A DNA stretch of 64,000 nucleotides from Nitrospinales bacterium (GCA_965223345.1 CBDCWG010000012.1:2912001-2976000); one strand, 5' to 3'. Positions 50,105 to 61,146 are shown, numbered from the stretch's first letter. The notes: a model not told the origin generated them from the sequence alone. A program made the numbers and translations.

Positions 50105-51019
50105 ATGAAACGATTCAAATACTTTATCATCCTGCTGGCAGTTTCCTTGTTTGCACCCGCTGCCGGTGGATGTCAGGAAAATAGTTCCGCGCCGACGGTA
50201 GGGAAGCCACCTGCCGATTCCCGAACCAAGCAGACATCCCCCCCTAAAGGCAAAACCGGGAAGGGTGCGACGCTGCAGGGCAAAGCGGTGCTGACGGGGC
50301 CAGTGCCGCCTCCGCGGTTCTATCACCTGGTGCTCTTCCCCAATATGGACTTGTGCTCGAAGGTGGAAACCGATGCAGAAATGAACCGGATCATTGAGGA
50401 TTTCGAAGTCGCGCAGGACGGCGGCCTGAAGGATGTGGTGGTGAGCATCGAGCACGTTTCAGGCGGCAAACCGTTCGCGAAGCCAACCCTGGAAATCAAA
50501 TCCGAGCACTGCAAGTTCACGCCTTACGTCAACGCCGTGAGGCAGGACGAGACGTTTAAAGTGGACAATCTGGACCTGGCCATCCACAACAGCCAGGTCT
50601 ACCAGGCCGAACGCGGCAAAATCATCGCCAACATTCCCATCTGGCCGGAGAAAGTCGCCGACGGGCATGTCCACTTCCAGAAAGACTACAAAATCTTTCA
50701 GATGATCTGCGGCATGCACGAGTTCATGCAAACCTGGGGCTACCGCGTGCAAAACCCCTATTACTTCATCACCGGGGACGACGGCACCTTCCACATTGAC
50801 GGCGTCCCTCCCGGAGACTATGTGGTGAACGCCTGGCACCCGCTGATGGACATCCGCTCGCAGAACATCCGTGTGACGGGAAACGAAGTGGTTCAACTGA
50901 ACTTTGAATTCGACGGCAATGAGGTGGACCGCGCGACTTACGAAACCATCTCTTCCGGCCGCATCAAGAAGGACGCGTTCAAATCCAGAGAGGAGACCCT
51001 GAAAAACAAAACGGAATGA
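50105..51019 (+). CDS. Exported protein with cupredoxin-like copper motif and carboxypeptidase-regulatory-like domain
   Basis: Signal/lipobox-like AGG|C; CKFTP, IHNSQ, CGMHEFM (C-x2-H-x2-M), TGDDGTFHIDGVPPGDY...AWHP. Confidence 0.8.
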   Translation: MKRFKYFIILLAVSLFAPAAGGCQENSSAPTVGKPPADSRTKQTSPPKGKTGKGATLQGKAVLTGPVPPPRFYHLVLFPNMDLCSKVETDAEMNRIIEDFEVAQDGGLKDVVVSIEHVSGGKPFAKPTLEIKSEHCKFTPYVNAVRQDETFKVDNLDLAIHNSQVYQAERGKIIANIPIWPEKVADGHVHFQKDYKIFQMICGMHEFMQTWGYRVQNPYYFITGDDGTFHIDGVPPGDYVVNAWHPLMDIRSQNIRVTGNEVVQLNFEFDGNEVDRATYETISSGRIKKDAFKSREETLKNKTE

Positions 51020-51196
51020 CGAAGATTTCTGCAGCGAATCTTCTGACAAACCCCTTCAGCAGAAGACCTTCCCCCACCGACACCCTGTCGGCCAAGATTA
51101 ATTTCTTTTAATGCTACCCCACCGCTTTTTGCATTAAAATATTAAGTATCCAGCGCCAGTACTCAGCCTCAAAAGGATCTCAAGAGTGCTCCCTCT

Positions 51197-52492
51197 ATGA
51201 TCGACCTGCTCGCCGCGCGATCGCAAATGGCGGTCTCCCTCGGATTTCATATCATTTTTGCGTGCATCGGCATTGCCATGCCTTTTTTCATGGCCGTCGC
51301 CCACTGGAAATGGCTGCGGACCGGCCAACGGATTTACCTCGACCTGACTCAGGCCTGGCTGAAAGGCGTCGCCATCTTTTTTGCGATCGGCGCCGTCTCC
51401 GGAACGGTGCTTTCCTTCGAACTGGGGTTGCTGTTTCCCACGTTCATGGAAGTGGCGGGGCCCATCATCGGCCTGCCCTTCTCATGGGAAGGGGTGGCGT
51501 TTTTCCTGGAAGCCATCGCGCTGGGACTTTTCATATACGGCTGGGACCGGATCAACAAATGGGTTCACTGGGCATGCGGTGTGGTGATGGGCATCGCGGG
51601 CGCAGCTTCGGGGATGATCGTCATCTGCGCCAACGGCTGGATGAACAGTCCCACCGGCTTCGACTGGGTCGATGGCCAGGCCGTCAACATCGATCCGTAT
51701 GCGGCGATGTTCAACGACGCTTCGCTGCACCAGGGAATCCACATGACGATCGCCGCGTTTGTCGCGACGGGCTTTGCCGTGGCGGGCATCCACGCGATCC
51801 TGCTGCTGAAAAAGAAAAACATCCCCTTTCATCAGGCCGCCTTTAAAATCGCACTGGCATTCGGCGCCACCGCATCGCTGCTGCAACCCATAAGCGGCGA
51901 TCTGATCTCGCGCCATCTGACCGAACACCAGCCCGAAAAAGCCGCGGCAATGCACGCGCAGTTCAAAACGCAAAAGGGCGCACCGCTTCTGATCGGCGGA
52001 ATCCCGTTCGAAAAAGAAAAGACGGTCAAATTCGGCATCTACATTCCCAAGATGCTGAGCTTCCTCGCGCACCACGATTTCAATGCGGAGGTCACGGGAC
52101 TCGATGCGTTCCCGGAAGAGAATCACCCCCCGGTCGCGGTGGTGCATTTCGCTTTTCAGATCATGGTCGGCATCGGCACCGTGCTGGCAGGACTCTCCGT
52201 ACTGTATTTTCTGTTCGTGTTCAGGAAACCGCATCTGTTGTTTCACTCCCTGTATCTGAAGTGCCTGGCATTCGCCCTTCCACTGGGTTTCATCGCGGTG
52301 CAGGCGGGCTGGATCGTGACGGAAGTGGGGCGTCAGCCGTGGATCATCTACCGGGTGATGAAGGTGTCCGAAGCGGTGACGCCGATGCCGGGTCTGATCA
52401 TCCCGTTTCTGCTGTTCACCGGGATCTATATTTTATTGTCTCTCGTCGCCGCCTGGCTGCTGCTCCGCCAGATCAAAGCGGTGAAACGCTGA
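51197..52492 (+). CDS. cydA: Cytochrome bd oxidase subunit I (short Q-loop)
   Basis: GFHIIF, SG....FE.G, E...FFLEA, ANGWM.SP, H(MT), FQIMVG, GW.VTEVGRQPW. Confidence 0.96.
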   Translation: MIDLLAARSQMAVSLGFHIIFACIGIAMPFFMAVAHWKWLRTGQRIYLDLTQAWLKGVAIFFAIGAVSGTVLSFELGLLFPTFMEVAGPIIGLPFSWEGVAFFLEAIALGLFIYGWDRINKWVHWACGVVMGIAGAASGMIVICANGWMNSPTGFDWVDGQAVNIDPYAAMFNDASLHQGIHMTIAAFVATGFAVAGIHAILLLKKKNIPFHQAAFKIALAFGATASLLQPISGDLISRHLTEHQPEKAAAMHAQFKTQKGAPLLIGGIPFEKEKTVKFGIYIPKMLSFLAHHDFNAEVTGLDAFPEENHPPVAVVHFAFQIMVGIGTVLAGLSVLYFLFVFRKPHLLFHSLYLKCLAFALPLGFIAVQAGWIVTEVGRQPWIIYRVMKVSEAVTPMPGLIIPFLLFTGIYILLSLVAAWLLLRQIKAVKR

Positions 52493-52516
52493 TGTCTTTT
52501 TCGGAGGCCGGTATTC

Positions 52517-53533
52517 ATGGTTGAAGCGGTGGCGGTTTTCCTGGCAGGCGCTCTGCTGCTCTATGTGCTGCTGGGCGGCGCGGACTTCGGCGCGGGCATT
52601 CTCGAGATGTTCGTCAACCGCAAGACCCGCGGCCAGCAGAAAAAGATCATCAACAAGGCGATGGGACCGGTGTGGGAGGTGAACCACATCTGGTTGATCG
52701 TCGCCGTGGTCATCCTGTTCAACGCGTTTCCGAAAGCCTTCAGCCAAATATCCATCACCTTTCACATTCCGCTGACGCTCATGCTGGTCGGCATCATCAT
52801 CCGCGGGTGCGCGTTTGCGTTTCGCAATTACGACGCCTACAAGGATCAGTCGCAGAAATACTATTCCCTGGCGTTCGAACTCTCCAGCGTCTTCACTCCC
52901 TTCAGCCTGGGGCTGATCCTCGGCGGCATCCTGATCGGCAAAATCCCCAGCGAAGCGGATTCGTTTTACGCCGCATTCGTCGCGCCCTGGTTCAACGTGT
53001 TCTCCTTCATGCTGGGAATCTTCACCTGCTGCCTAGTCACCTACATCGCGTCCGTGTACATCATCGGGGAAACCCGCAAGAATGTGCTGCGCAAGCAATT
53101 CGTCTACCGGGCCAAGGTGGCGGGAATCGTGACCTTCATCATGGGGGTCTTTGTCATCGAATCGGCGTTGCTTTACGAATCGGAACTGTTCGCCAAATTC
53201 TATTCGGATCTGTTCAGCATGTCCTGCGTGCTGCTGGCGGCGGCTTTGTTTTTTCCCTTATGGAAATTGTTGAACCACCCCCGCCCGAGCATTCCCCGCC
53301 TTCTGGTCGGGATGCAGGTCTCACTGATCTTTCTCGCCTGGTACGAATTGCAGTTCCCCTTCATCATCGCCCCTTCGGGCCTGTTCGGATTTGAAGGGCT
53401 GAATCTGTACCAGGTCGCCGCACCGGAAAGCACCCTGAAGTACCTGCTGATCGCGCTGGTTCTGGGATCGGCGCTCATTTTCCCGGCCTGGCTGTACCTG
53501 CTGAAGGTTTTTAAATTTCACTGGAATCCATGA
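52517..53533 (+). CDS. cydB: Cytochrome bd oxidase subunit II
   Basis: YVLLGGADFGAG, GPVWEVNHIWL, FP, IIRG.AF.FR. Confidence 0.95.
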   Translation: MVEAVAVFLAGALLLYVLLGGADFGAGILEMFVNRKTRGQQKKIINKAMGPVWEVNHIWLIVAVVILFNAFPKAFSQISITFHIPLTLMLVGIIIRGCAFAFRNYDAYKDQSQKYYSLAFELSSVFTPFSLGLILGGILIGKIPSEADSFYAAFVAPWFNVFSFMLGIFTCCLVTYIASVYIIGETRKNVLRKQFVYRAKVAGIVTFIMGVFVIESALLYESELFAKFYSDLFSMSCVLLAAALFFPLWKLLNHPRPSIPRLLVGMQVSLIFLAWYELQFPFIIAPSGLFGFEGLNLYQVAAPESTLKYLLIALVLGSALIFPAWLYLLKVFKFHWNP

Positions 53534-53619
53534 AGAGGTCCTGCTTTAATTCCAATCCTGTCGGGCACGCACCCCATTTATTGTCCTGTTTCGCGACTTC
53601 CATCTCGAGGTGAACTCCA

Positions 53620-54198
53620 ATGAGCTACTCCCTGTTCAACTATCTGCATGTTCTGGGGGCCATCCTGATCGGGGCGGGCCTGATCGGCGTCTGGCTGTGC
53701 GACCTCCGGTCGCGCCAGAGCCGGGACCTGAAACTGTTTGCGGAATCGGTCCGCAACATCGCGGTGTTCTACGATGGGGTGGTGGTGCCCGGCGCCATCC
53801 TGCTGCTGATTTCCGGAACCTGGATGGTGGTGGATCTGTTTCCCGGCTGGTCGTTTCTGCAGAGCCCCTGGCTGGCGGGCATGATCCTGTTATTCCTGCT
53901 GGAGTTCATCGAAGGCAACACCATCACGAGGCTGTATTTCATGCGCCTCAGAAAAATGACCCAGGAAGCGTTGAAAACCGGCGAAATCTCTCCCGAGCTG
54001 GAAGAAGAACGCGGGAAAACTCTGCCCTCCTTCACCCATTACCTGGATTTGCCCATGCTGTTTCTCATCGTGGCTTTAGGTTCCCTCAAGCCGGGCACGT
54101 GGACGCTGTTTTTTGCCGGCTCGGTTCTTGCAGTCGCTCTCGCCACCGCATTGACGATTTTCATTCCCAGGCTGTACCCCTGGGGTGTGGATAGATAA
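53620..54198 (+). CDS. DUF2269-like 4-TM membrane protein
   Basis: GAGG RBS; LHVLGAIL..G, PGAILLLISG, PWL, L...KP pattern. Confidence 0.75.
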   Translation: MSYSLFNYLHVLGAILIGAGLIGVWLCDLRSRQSRDLKLFAESVRNIAVFYDGVVVPGAILLLISGTWMVVDLFPGWSFLQSPWLAGMILLFLLEFIEGNTITRLYFMRLRKMTQEALKTGEISPELEEERGKTLPSFTHYLDLPMLFLIVALGSLKPGTWTLFFAGSVLAVALATALTIFIPRLYPWGVDR

Positions 54199-54310
54199 CC
54201 TCCGACCACTCCCGTTAAATCCAGCGGATTATCGGGTCTCCAATCCAGTTCCACCGCCAGAAATGGTATAATGGATTTTCTACAAGAGACCCCATCGATT
54301 GAGTATCCGC

Positions 54311-55513
54311 ATGGACAGGTCACAATCGGAATCTCATTTCGAGTTTTTGATTCTCGGCGGCGGCACCGCCGGCATCACCGTCGCCAGCCGCATTATCGAT
54401 AAGCTGCGCTCCACCCGCATCGCCATCATCGAACCTTCTCAATATCATTACTATCAGCCTCTCTGGACACTGGTCGGCGGCGGTGTGGTGAACAAAAAAT
54501 CCACGATGCGCAAAGAAGCGCGCGTCATTCCGAAGGGCGCAAAATGGATTCGCGATTTTGCCGATACGATCGACCCGCAGGCAAATGCGGTGTCCACACG
54601 CAATGGCGGCACATTCACCTACGATTATCTGGTGGTCGCTCCCGGCATACAGATCGATTGGGATAAAGTCCGCGGCCTGCCCGAGTCCATCGGAAAAAAC
54701 GGCGTGTGCAGCAATTTTTCGTATCAGTATACCGAGTCCACCTGGGAAGCCATTCGATCCTGCAAACAAGGCAACGCAATTTTCACGTTTCCCAACACGG
54801 AAACCAAATGCGGCGGCGCCCCCCAAAAAATCATGTGGCTTGCGGATCATCACTTCAGAAAAACGGGGGTTCGGAGCAACATAGACGTGAGGTTCGTTTC
54901 TCCCAAACCGCGTATTTTCGGCGTGGAACCCTACACCACCGCTCTGGAAAAACTGATCCAAGAACGAAACATCCTGACCCATTTCCGCAACCACCTCACC
55001 GAAATCCGCCCCGACACCAAAGAAGCGGTGCTTGAAAACCTCGACGACGGTTCTGAAACCATCCTTCCCTACGAGATGATTCACGTCACTCCGCCGCAGA
55101 GCGCTCCCGATTTCATCAAAAAAAGTCCCCTGGCGGATGAAGAGGGTTGGGTGGATGTCGATCCCCACACCCTTCAGCACAAAACGTACCCCAACGTGTT
55201 TGGCCTCGGCGATGCCTGCAACGCCCCCACAGCGAAAACCGGGGCTGCGGTTCGCAAACAGGCGCCGGTTGTCGTGGAAAATCTTCTGGCCTGTCGGGCC
55301 AAATCAAGTCTGACGGCCCGCTATGACGGTTACTCTTCCTGCCCGTTGATAACCGGTTACGGCCGGCTCATCCTCGCTGAATTCGATTATGACGGGAATC
55401 CCAAGGAAACCTTCCCCTTCGATCAAAGCAAGGAAAGATGGAGCATGTATCTGCTCAAAAGATACGCCTTGCCGATTCTATACTGGTACGGGATGCTGAA
55501 AGGAAGGGCGTGA
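54311..55513 (+). CDS. sqr: Sulfide:quinone oxidoreductase, type II (SqrB/SQOR-like)
   Basis: GGGTAG, HYYQPLWTLVGGG, KCGGAPQK, HVTPPQ, F.LGD, KTGAAVRKQA, YDGYSSCPL.TG; both catalytic Cys present. Confidence 0.93.
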   Translation: MDRSQSESHFEFLILGGGTAGITVASRIIDKLRSTRIAIIEPSQYHYYQPLWTLVGGGVVNKKSTMRKEARVIPKGAKWIRDFADTIDPQANAVSTRNGGTFTYDYLVVAPGIQIDWDKVRGLPESIGKNGVCSNFSYQYTESTWEAIRSCKQGNAIFTFPNTETKCGGAPQKIMWLADHHFRKTGVRSNIDVRFVSPKPRIFGVEPYTTALEKLIQERNILTHFRNHLTEIRPDTKEAVLENLDDGSETILPYEMIHVTPPQSAPDFIKKSPLADEEGWVDVDPHTLQHKTYPNVFGLGDACNAPTAKTGAAVRKQAPVVVENLLACRAKSSLTARYDGYSSCPLITGYGRLILAEFDYDGNPKETFPFDQSKERWSMYLLKRYALPILYWYGMLKGRA

Positions 55514-55754
55514 TGGAAAGCGGGTCCAAGTAAAATACGACCTCACGCCTGCTTGACGCCAATCGACCCGGTTCCCGAAATCCCCGGCTTTCCAATGCCT
55601 ATATTGGCGCAAATGAGCACAAAATGGCGAAATCGGCAGCAAATGTTGCCCAGATCACCCGGGATTGTGATGCGCGCCCTCTTCCCTCTGCAAATTTAAA
55701 CTAAGCTGGAAGTACGCGCTTTGAAGTCATTACAAACCGCAGAGGGAAGCCGCC

Positions 55755-56423
55755 ATGATGCCCCATAAAGCGAATCTTTTTCTTGCCGTGCTAACGGCCG
55801 TGTTTCTCACAACCGCCTCCGCAATGGCCGACGACAGCGGCTGGTACACGGGATTCAACCTCGGGCTGAACTTCCAGGAAGACCAGCAGAGCCTGGGCCC
55901 CAGCCGGGCCGTCGATCTGGATTTCGACGCGGGTCTTCTGATCTCCGGTCAAGTCGGCTACAAATTCCCCGGCAGCAACTTCGGGCGTTTCCGCGCCGAA
56001 GCCGAACTGTCCCACCGTGAAAACGATGTCGATGAAATCGTGTTCAACGGCGCCGAGCAAAACGGTAGGGGGGAAGAGGAAGTGCTGGCGGGCCTGATGA
56101 ATCTGTACTACGATCTGAACGGCCTGTCCGACCGCATCAAACCGTTTGTCGGTGTGGGCATCGGCTTCGCCAATATCGATGCGGAAGTCAGCTACGCCTC
56201 GGCGTTCATCGATGACGACGACACCACCTTCGCCTACCAGTTCATTTTCGGCGCGGAATACCTGCTGTCCAGCCGGATCTCTGTGGTTGGCGACGCGCGC
56301 TTTTTCGCTCTCGACGACCCGGAGCTGACGCGCTTTGGTGGACCGGCCCCGGTGGACTTTGTCGATCTGAATTCCGAATACGACAGCTTTTCGGCGTCCA
56401 TCGGACTGCGTTACAATTTCTAG
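55755..56423 (+). CDS. Outer-membrane beta-barrel protein
   Basis: Signal AMA|D; GWY.G, R.EAEL, NLYYD, PFVGVGIG, FAYQ, terminal GLRYNF. Confidence 0.9.
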   Translation: MMPHKANLFLAVLTAVFLTTASAMADDSGWYTGFNLGLNFQEDQQSLGPSRAVDLDFDAGLLISGQVGYKFPGSNFGRFRAEAELSHRENDVDEIVFNGAEQNGRGEEEVLAGLMNLYYDLNGLSDRIKPFVGVGIGFANIDAEVSYASAFIDDDDTTFAYQFIFGAEYLLSSRISVVGDARFFALDDPELTRFGGPAPVDFVDLNSEYDSFSASIGLRYNF

Positions 56424-56590
56424 CCGGCTTTTGCCAGAATCCCCGCTCCGGCAAATCCTTCCCGTATCCCGGCATTTGCCCGGGAACTCCGTCATATCCC
56501 TGTTTTAAGGACGAATCAGCCGCTTGATTTTGCGGGGACTTCCTGTAAACTATCCCGGATAATTCCAACCGATCCAGGAAAGAGCCCTTT

Positions 56591-56869
56591 GTGATCATTA
56601 AAAAGAACGACCAGTTTGCGGTGGAATGCCAGACCAAACAGTCGAAATACTGCCTGCAGAACGGCGAGTACTGCGACAGCGAGGAAGAGGCGCAGGAATG
56701 GGTCGAGGACGAATGCTGGATCTTTTCCGGCGAAGGCTGGATCTGCCTCAAATGCAATGAGTTCTTCATGAGCAACATCGCCAAGATACGCCACCGAAAA
56801 GGGCAGGAAGGAAAAGAACAAAGCAGACCGGACGACGACCTGGAATCCGGTATCGAGACGGTCAGATAG
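56591..56869 (+). CDS. Small Cys-rich, putative metal-binding protein
   Basis: Six Cys including C-x7-C and WICLKC; GC3-rich codons. Confidence 0.7.
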   Translation: MIIKKNDQFAVECQTKQSKYCLQNGEYCDSEEEAQEWVEDECWIFSGEGWICLKCNEFFMSNIAKIRHRKGQEGKEQSRPDDDLESGIETVR

Positions 56870-57071
56870 ACGTAATCCGGTTTGTCCGCGCAGGCCCAAC
56901 GCTTGCCCCCTACCCCCTCACCCTCTTTCCGACACAAGCCCAAGAACGGCTCCACTCCCATTTGCAGTCTCAATCGGCGGATATTTAGCATACCTCTGCT
57001 TTATTTTGTATACTTGCCCGGCACCAGCAGTTTGATCCGCATTTTTGAATTTAAAATTGAGAGGAAATGCC

Positions 57072-57239
57072 ATGCCTGAGCGTGACGGTGAAAGTAGGGA
57101 AATCGACTTCAAGGAAGTGATCATCTCCCTGATGTTCCAGATGGAAGTGATGTTGAATTGCATGATCGAAAAGGGATTGATCACGCGGGAGGAATTCGCG
57201 CGCAGCGTGGATGAGTTGAAGCAAAAGCGCAAATCCTGA
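57072..57239 (+). CDS. Small hypothetical protein (55 aa)
   Basis: GAGG RBS; MPERDGESREIDFKEVIISLMFQMEVMLNCMIEKGLITREEF... Confidence 0.65.
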   Translation: MPERDGESREIDFKEVIISLMFQMEVMLNCMIEKGLITREEFARSVDELKQKRKS

Positions 57240-57260
57240 TTTCCCGACAGCCGGGTTGGC

Positions 57261-57292
57261 AAAAAAAACCGGGTCTTGAAAGACCCGGTTTC
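57261..57292 (-). terminator. Rho-independent terminator (minus strand, possibly bidirectional)
   Basis: A8-CCGGGTCTT-GA-AAGACCCGG-TTT between convergent genes. Confidence 0.8.
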
Positions 57293-57347
57293 CTGGTTGC
57301 CATCCAGCGAGCGGTGGACCCGCTCTGCTGCAATTGGAAGTTTCAAT

Positions 57348-57953
57348 TCAAAACGTGTTCTCGACGATCACCTCTTTCAGCGGCAACTGACCCGGCTTGG
57401 GCCAGGGATCCTTCGTGCCCTTCCCCACCGCCACCATCGCCCCCATCACGTGGTCCTCGGGCAGCTTGATCAACTCGGCGACTTTTTCGATGTCGTAACC
57501 GATCATCGGGCAGGAGTCGTATCCCATCGCCTTGGCCGCCAGCATGATCGTCTGCATGGCCATGCCGATCGAGCGTTGCGCTTCATCACGCTGCAACCAT
57601 TCCCGCCCTTCGTGAAACGGCCCCATCCAGTTGACCAGCAGTTCCGCCACTTCCTTGGGCGCGTTCTGCCAGTAACGCTGCGGGTTTTTCTGCCAGGCTT
57701 TCATGTCCGCCGTCATGATGATGAGCAGCGACGCGTCGGTCATCTGCGCCTGATCGTTGCCGAATTCGGTGCGGATCTTCTTGCGCAGGCCGGGGTCTTT
57801 CACCAGCACGAAACGCCAGTGCTGAATGTTGAAACTGGTGGGCGCCTGAATCGCGGCTTCCAGCAGTCTGGTCTCTTCCTCGGGGGTCAACCGGTGCTGA
57901 TCGTCGTATTGCTTGACGGCCCGCCGCTGGTAAATGGCGTCGAAGGTATCCAT
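57348..57953 (-). CDS. Nitroreductase family protein
   Basis: AI..RRAVK.Y, APTSFNIQHWRF, MLAA...GYDSCPMIG; GAGGAG RBS. Confidence 0.95.
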   Translation of the reverse strand: MDTFDAIYQRRAVKQYDDQHRLTPEEETRLLEAAIQAPTSFNIQHWRFVLVKDPGLRKKIRTEFGNDQAQMTDASLLIIMTADMKAWQKNPQRYWQNAPKEVAELLVNWMGPFHEGREWLQRDEAQRSIGMAMQTIMLAAKAMGYDSCPMIGYDIEKVAELIKLPEDHVMGAMVAVGKGTKDPWPKPGQLPLKEVIVENTF

Positions 57954-58004
57954 ACACAATCTCCTCGCAGTAAAATGAACGGGTGCTGAACGCCCGCTTG
58001 CACA

Positions 58005-61000
58005 TCAGCTTTCTTCGGGAATTTCCGCTTCGATTTCAGCCGGTTGTAGTTTTGTTTTTTCCCGCAGCGATTGAACGATCACATAAAAGGCGGGTACCAG
58101 GAGCGTGCCGATGACGGCGGAGCCCACCATGCCGCCGAAGATCACGGTGCCGAGGGACCGGCGGCTCACCGCCCCGGCTCCCGATGCCAGCACCAGCGGC
58201 AGCACGCCCAGGATGAACGAGATCGCCGTCATCATGACCGCACGGAAGCGCAGCTGCGCCGCCAGGGTGGAGGCTTCCAGAATGGACCGGCCCGCCTCGC
58301 GCTGCACCTTGGCGAACTCGACGATGAGGATGGCGTTCTTGGAGGCCATGCCCACCAGCATGATGAGGCCGATCTGGGCGTAGATATTCAAGATGTGTCC
58401 GGCGCCCAGCATGACCATCAGTGCGCTCGCCAAAGCCACGGGAATGGACAGGAGCACGCCAAGAGGGATCGACCAGCTTTCGTACTGCGCCACCAGGAAG
58501 AGGTAGACAAATATCAATGCCAGTAAAAAGAGAATGGGCAGTTGCGCGCCCGCCTTGATCTCCTGATAAGACATGCTCGACCATTCAAACCCCATCCCAT
58601 CGGGAAGCACCTTTTCGGCCAGCCTTTCCATCGCCTGAATGGCCTGCCCGGAACTGAATCCCGGCGCCGCGCTGCCATTGATCTGCGCCGCCCGGTACAT
58701 ATTGAAACGGGTCAACGTTTCCGGGCCCAGCATGGACGTGGTTTTCGTCAAGGTCCTGAGCGGCACCATCACCCCTTCCGCGCTCCGCACATAGATGCGG
58801 CCGATGTCGTCGGGGTTGTCGCGGTAGTCGGTTTCCGCCTGCAGGATCACCCGGTAGACACGGCCGAATTTGTTGAAGTCGTTCACATAGAGCGATCCCA
58901 ACTGGGTCTGCAAGGCCGAGAAGATCTCGTTGACCGGAATGCCGAGCGCCTTGGCCTGCAGGCGGTCCACTTCCAGTTTGATCTGCGGGATGTCGGCACT
59001 GAACGTGCTGAAGACATTGCGCAAATCCGGGTCCTGGTTGGCCTCGAACACGAATCCGCGCATCGCGGCGGAAAGGTCCTGCGGATCCCCTCCCCTCCTG
59101 TCCTGCAGTTGAAACTCGAACCCGCCTGTGTTGCCCAGGCCGCGAATCGGCGGCGGTGTGAACGCCATCATATTCGCCCCTGGAATCTGAGCCGCCATGC
59201 CCCATATGCGCCCGACGAGCGCATCGCTCGACAGTTCGGGAGTCGTGCGCTGCTCCCACGGATCGAGGATGGCGAACACCGAACCGGAATTCGATTTGAT
59301 GCCGCTGATCATTCCAAACCCCGTGAGCGAAACCACATTTTCAATGCCCGGAAGACTGCTGATCATTTCTTCCACTTGTTTGATCAACACGTTGGTCCGG
59401 TTCAAAGAAGCGCCGTCGGGAAGCTGGATGTCCACAAAAATGACACCCTGATCTTCCTTGGGGATGAATCCCGTCGGAGCCACCTTATTCATCCATAAAG
59501 CGCCGGCCACGATCACGGCCAGGATCAACGTGACGAACACGAGCCGCCGCACGAGAATCTTCACGCAAAACAGATAGCCGCGGGAAATGCGCGCAAACAC
59601 GGTCTCAAACCAGCGCAGGGCAAACCAGGGACGCGGCGGATCTTTGCGCAGCACCGTGGCGCACAAGGCCGGACTGAGCGTCAACGCGTTGAGTGAGGAC
59701 AGCGACACGGCGATCGCGATGGTCACGGAAAACTGCCGGTACAGCTGGCCGGAAATCCCGGTCATGAACGTGATGGGAACAAAAACAGCCAGCAGGACCA
59801 GGGTTGTGGCGATGATGGGGCCGAACACCTCGCCCATCGCTATGCGCGTCGCTTCCTTGGGAGGCAGCCCCTCATTCATGTGACGCTGCACGTTTTCCAC
59901 CACGACGATGGCGTCGTCCACCACGATGCCGATGGCCAGAACCAGCGCGAAAAGACTCAGGGTGTTGATGCTGTAGCCCAGCGCCAGCAACAGAGCGAAC
60001 GTGCCTATCAAAGAAACGGGGATGGCCAAAGCGGGGATCAGGGTGGCACGCCAGTCCTGAATGAAAACGTAAACCACCAGAATGACCAGCGTCAGAGCGA
60101 CGAACAGGGTCTGCACCAGTTCTGCCAGCGACCGATCGATGAAACGGGTGGAGTCGTAGGGCATTTTATAGGCAACGTCTTCCGGGAACTCCCGCGAAAG
60201 CCGCAGTAAAGTTGCTTTGACTCCATCAGCGACTTCCAGGGCATTGGCTTCGGGAAGCTGGTAAACGGCAAAATTGACGGTTGGGGAACCGTTCAAGCGC
60301 GAAAATACATTGAATGTCTGGGAGCCGAGTTCCACGCGGGCGATATCGCTCATGCGGACAACGGCCCCGTCGGTTTGCGCCCGGATGATGATGTCTTTGA
60401 ACTCGGACGCGTCGGAAAGCCGTCCTTTCGCCTGAATGGTGTACTGGAACTGCTGGTCAGAATCCAGGGGAGGCTGCCCCACCTGCCCGGCGGCGGCCTG
60501 CAGGTTCTGATCGCGGATCGAGGAAACCACGTCTTCGGTGGTGATCCCCAGATTGTTCATTTTATCGGGATCGAGCCAGATGCGGATCGAGTAATCCTGC
60601 GCCCCGAATATCTCCACTTTACTGACGCCGGGAACCCGCGCCAGCACGTCCTTCACATTCAGGCTGACGTAGTTGCTGAGAAAAAGCTGATCGTAGGTTC
60701 CACCGGGGGAGGAAAAAGACACGATCACTAGAAATTCACTGGACTGCTTCTGAACGGAGATTCCGGAACGGGTGACGTCCGCCGGCAGTTTCGGTGTGGC
60801 AAGAGACAACCGGTTCTGCACGTTCACCGTCGCCATGTCGGGATCGGTGCCGATATCAAAAGTGATGTCCAGGGTGTAGGTGCCGTTGTTGGTGCTTTGC
60901 GAGGACATGTAGATCATGTTCTCGACGCCGTTGACCTCGGCTTCGATGGGCGCCGCCACGGTTTCCTCGACGACCTTGGCGTTGGCCCCGGAGTAGTTGG

Positions 61001-61142
61001 CGGTGACCTGCACCTGCGGTGGCGTGATCTGCGGGTACAGGGAAACGGGAAGCAGGGGAATGGAAATCAGACCCGCGATCACGATGACGATGGAGACGAC
61101 AAAAGCGAAGCGGGGGCGTTCGATGAAGAAATTACTGAACAT
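58005..61142 (-). CDS. RND efflux permease (HAE1/AcrB family)
   Basis: [49 protein letters not shown]...MT. Confidence 0.97.
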   Translation of the reverse strand: MFSNFFIERPRFAFVVSIVIVIAGLISIPLLPVSLYPQITPPQVQVTANYSGANAKVVEETVAAPIEAEVNGVENMIYMSSQSTNNGTYTLDITFDIGTDPDMATVNVQNRLSLATPKLPADVTRSGISVQKQSSEFLVIVSFSSPGGTYDQLFLSNYVSLNVKDVLARVPGVSKVEIFGAQDYSIRIWLDPDKMNNLGITTEDVVSSIRDQNLQAAAGQVGQPPLDSDQQFQYTIQAKGRLSDASEFKDIIIRAQTDGAVVRMSDIARVELGSQTFNVFSRLNGSPTVNFAVYQLPEANALEVADGVKATLLRLSREFPEDVAYKMPYDSTRFIDRSLAELVQTLFVALTLVILVVYVFIQDWRATLIPALAIPVSLIGTFALLLALGYSINTLSLFALVLAIGIVVDDAIVVVENVQRHMNEGLPPKEATRIAMGEVFGPIIATTLVLLAVFVPITFMTGISGQLYRQFSVTIAIAVSLSSLNALTLSPALCATVLRKDPPRPWFALRWFETVFARISRGYLFCVKILVRRLVFVTLILAVIVAGALWMNKVAPTGFIPKEDQGVIFVDIQLPDGASLNRTNVLIKQVEEMISSLPGIENVVSLTGFGMISGIKSNSGSVFAILDPWEQRTTPELSSDALVGRIWGMAAQIPGANMMAFTPPPIRGLGNTGGFEFQLQDRRGGDPQDLSAAMRGFVFEANQDPDLRNVFSTFSADIPQIKLEVDRLQAKALGIPVNEIFSALQTQLGSLYVNDFNKFGRVYRVILQAETDYRDNPDDIGRIYVRSAEGVMVPLRTLTKTTSMLGPETLTRFNMYRAAQINGSAAPGFSSGQAIQAMERLAEKVLPDGMGFEWSSMSYQEIKAGAQLPILFLLALIFVYLFLVAQYESWSIPLGVLLSIPVALASALMVMLGAGHILNIYAQIGLIMLVGMASKNAILIVEFAKVQREAGRSILEASTLAAQLRFRAVMMTAISFILGVLPLVLASGAGAVSRRSLGTVIFGGMVGSAVIGTLLVPAFYVIVQSLREKTKLQPAEIEAEIPEES

Positions 61143-61146
61143 GGTG

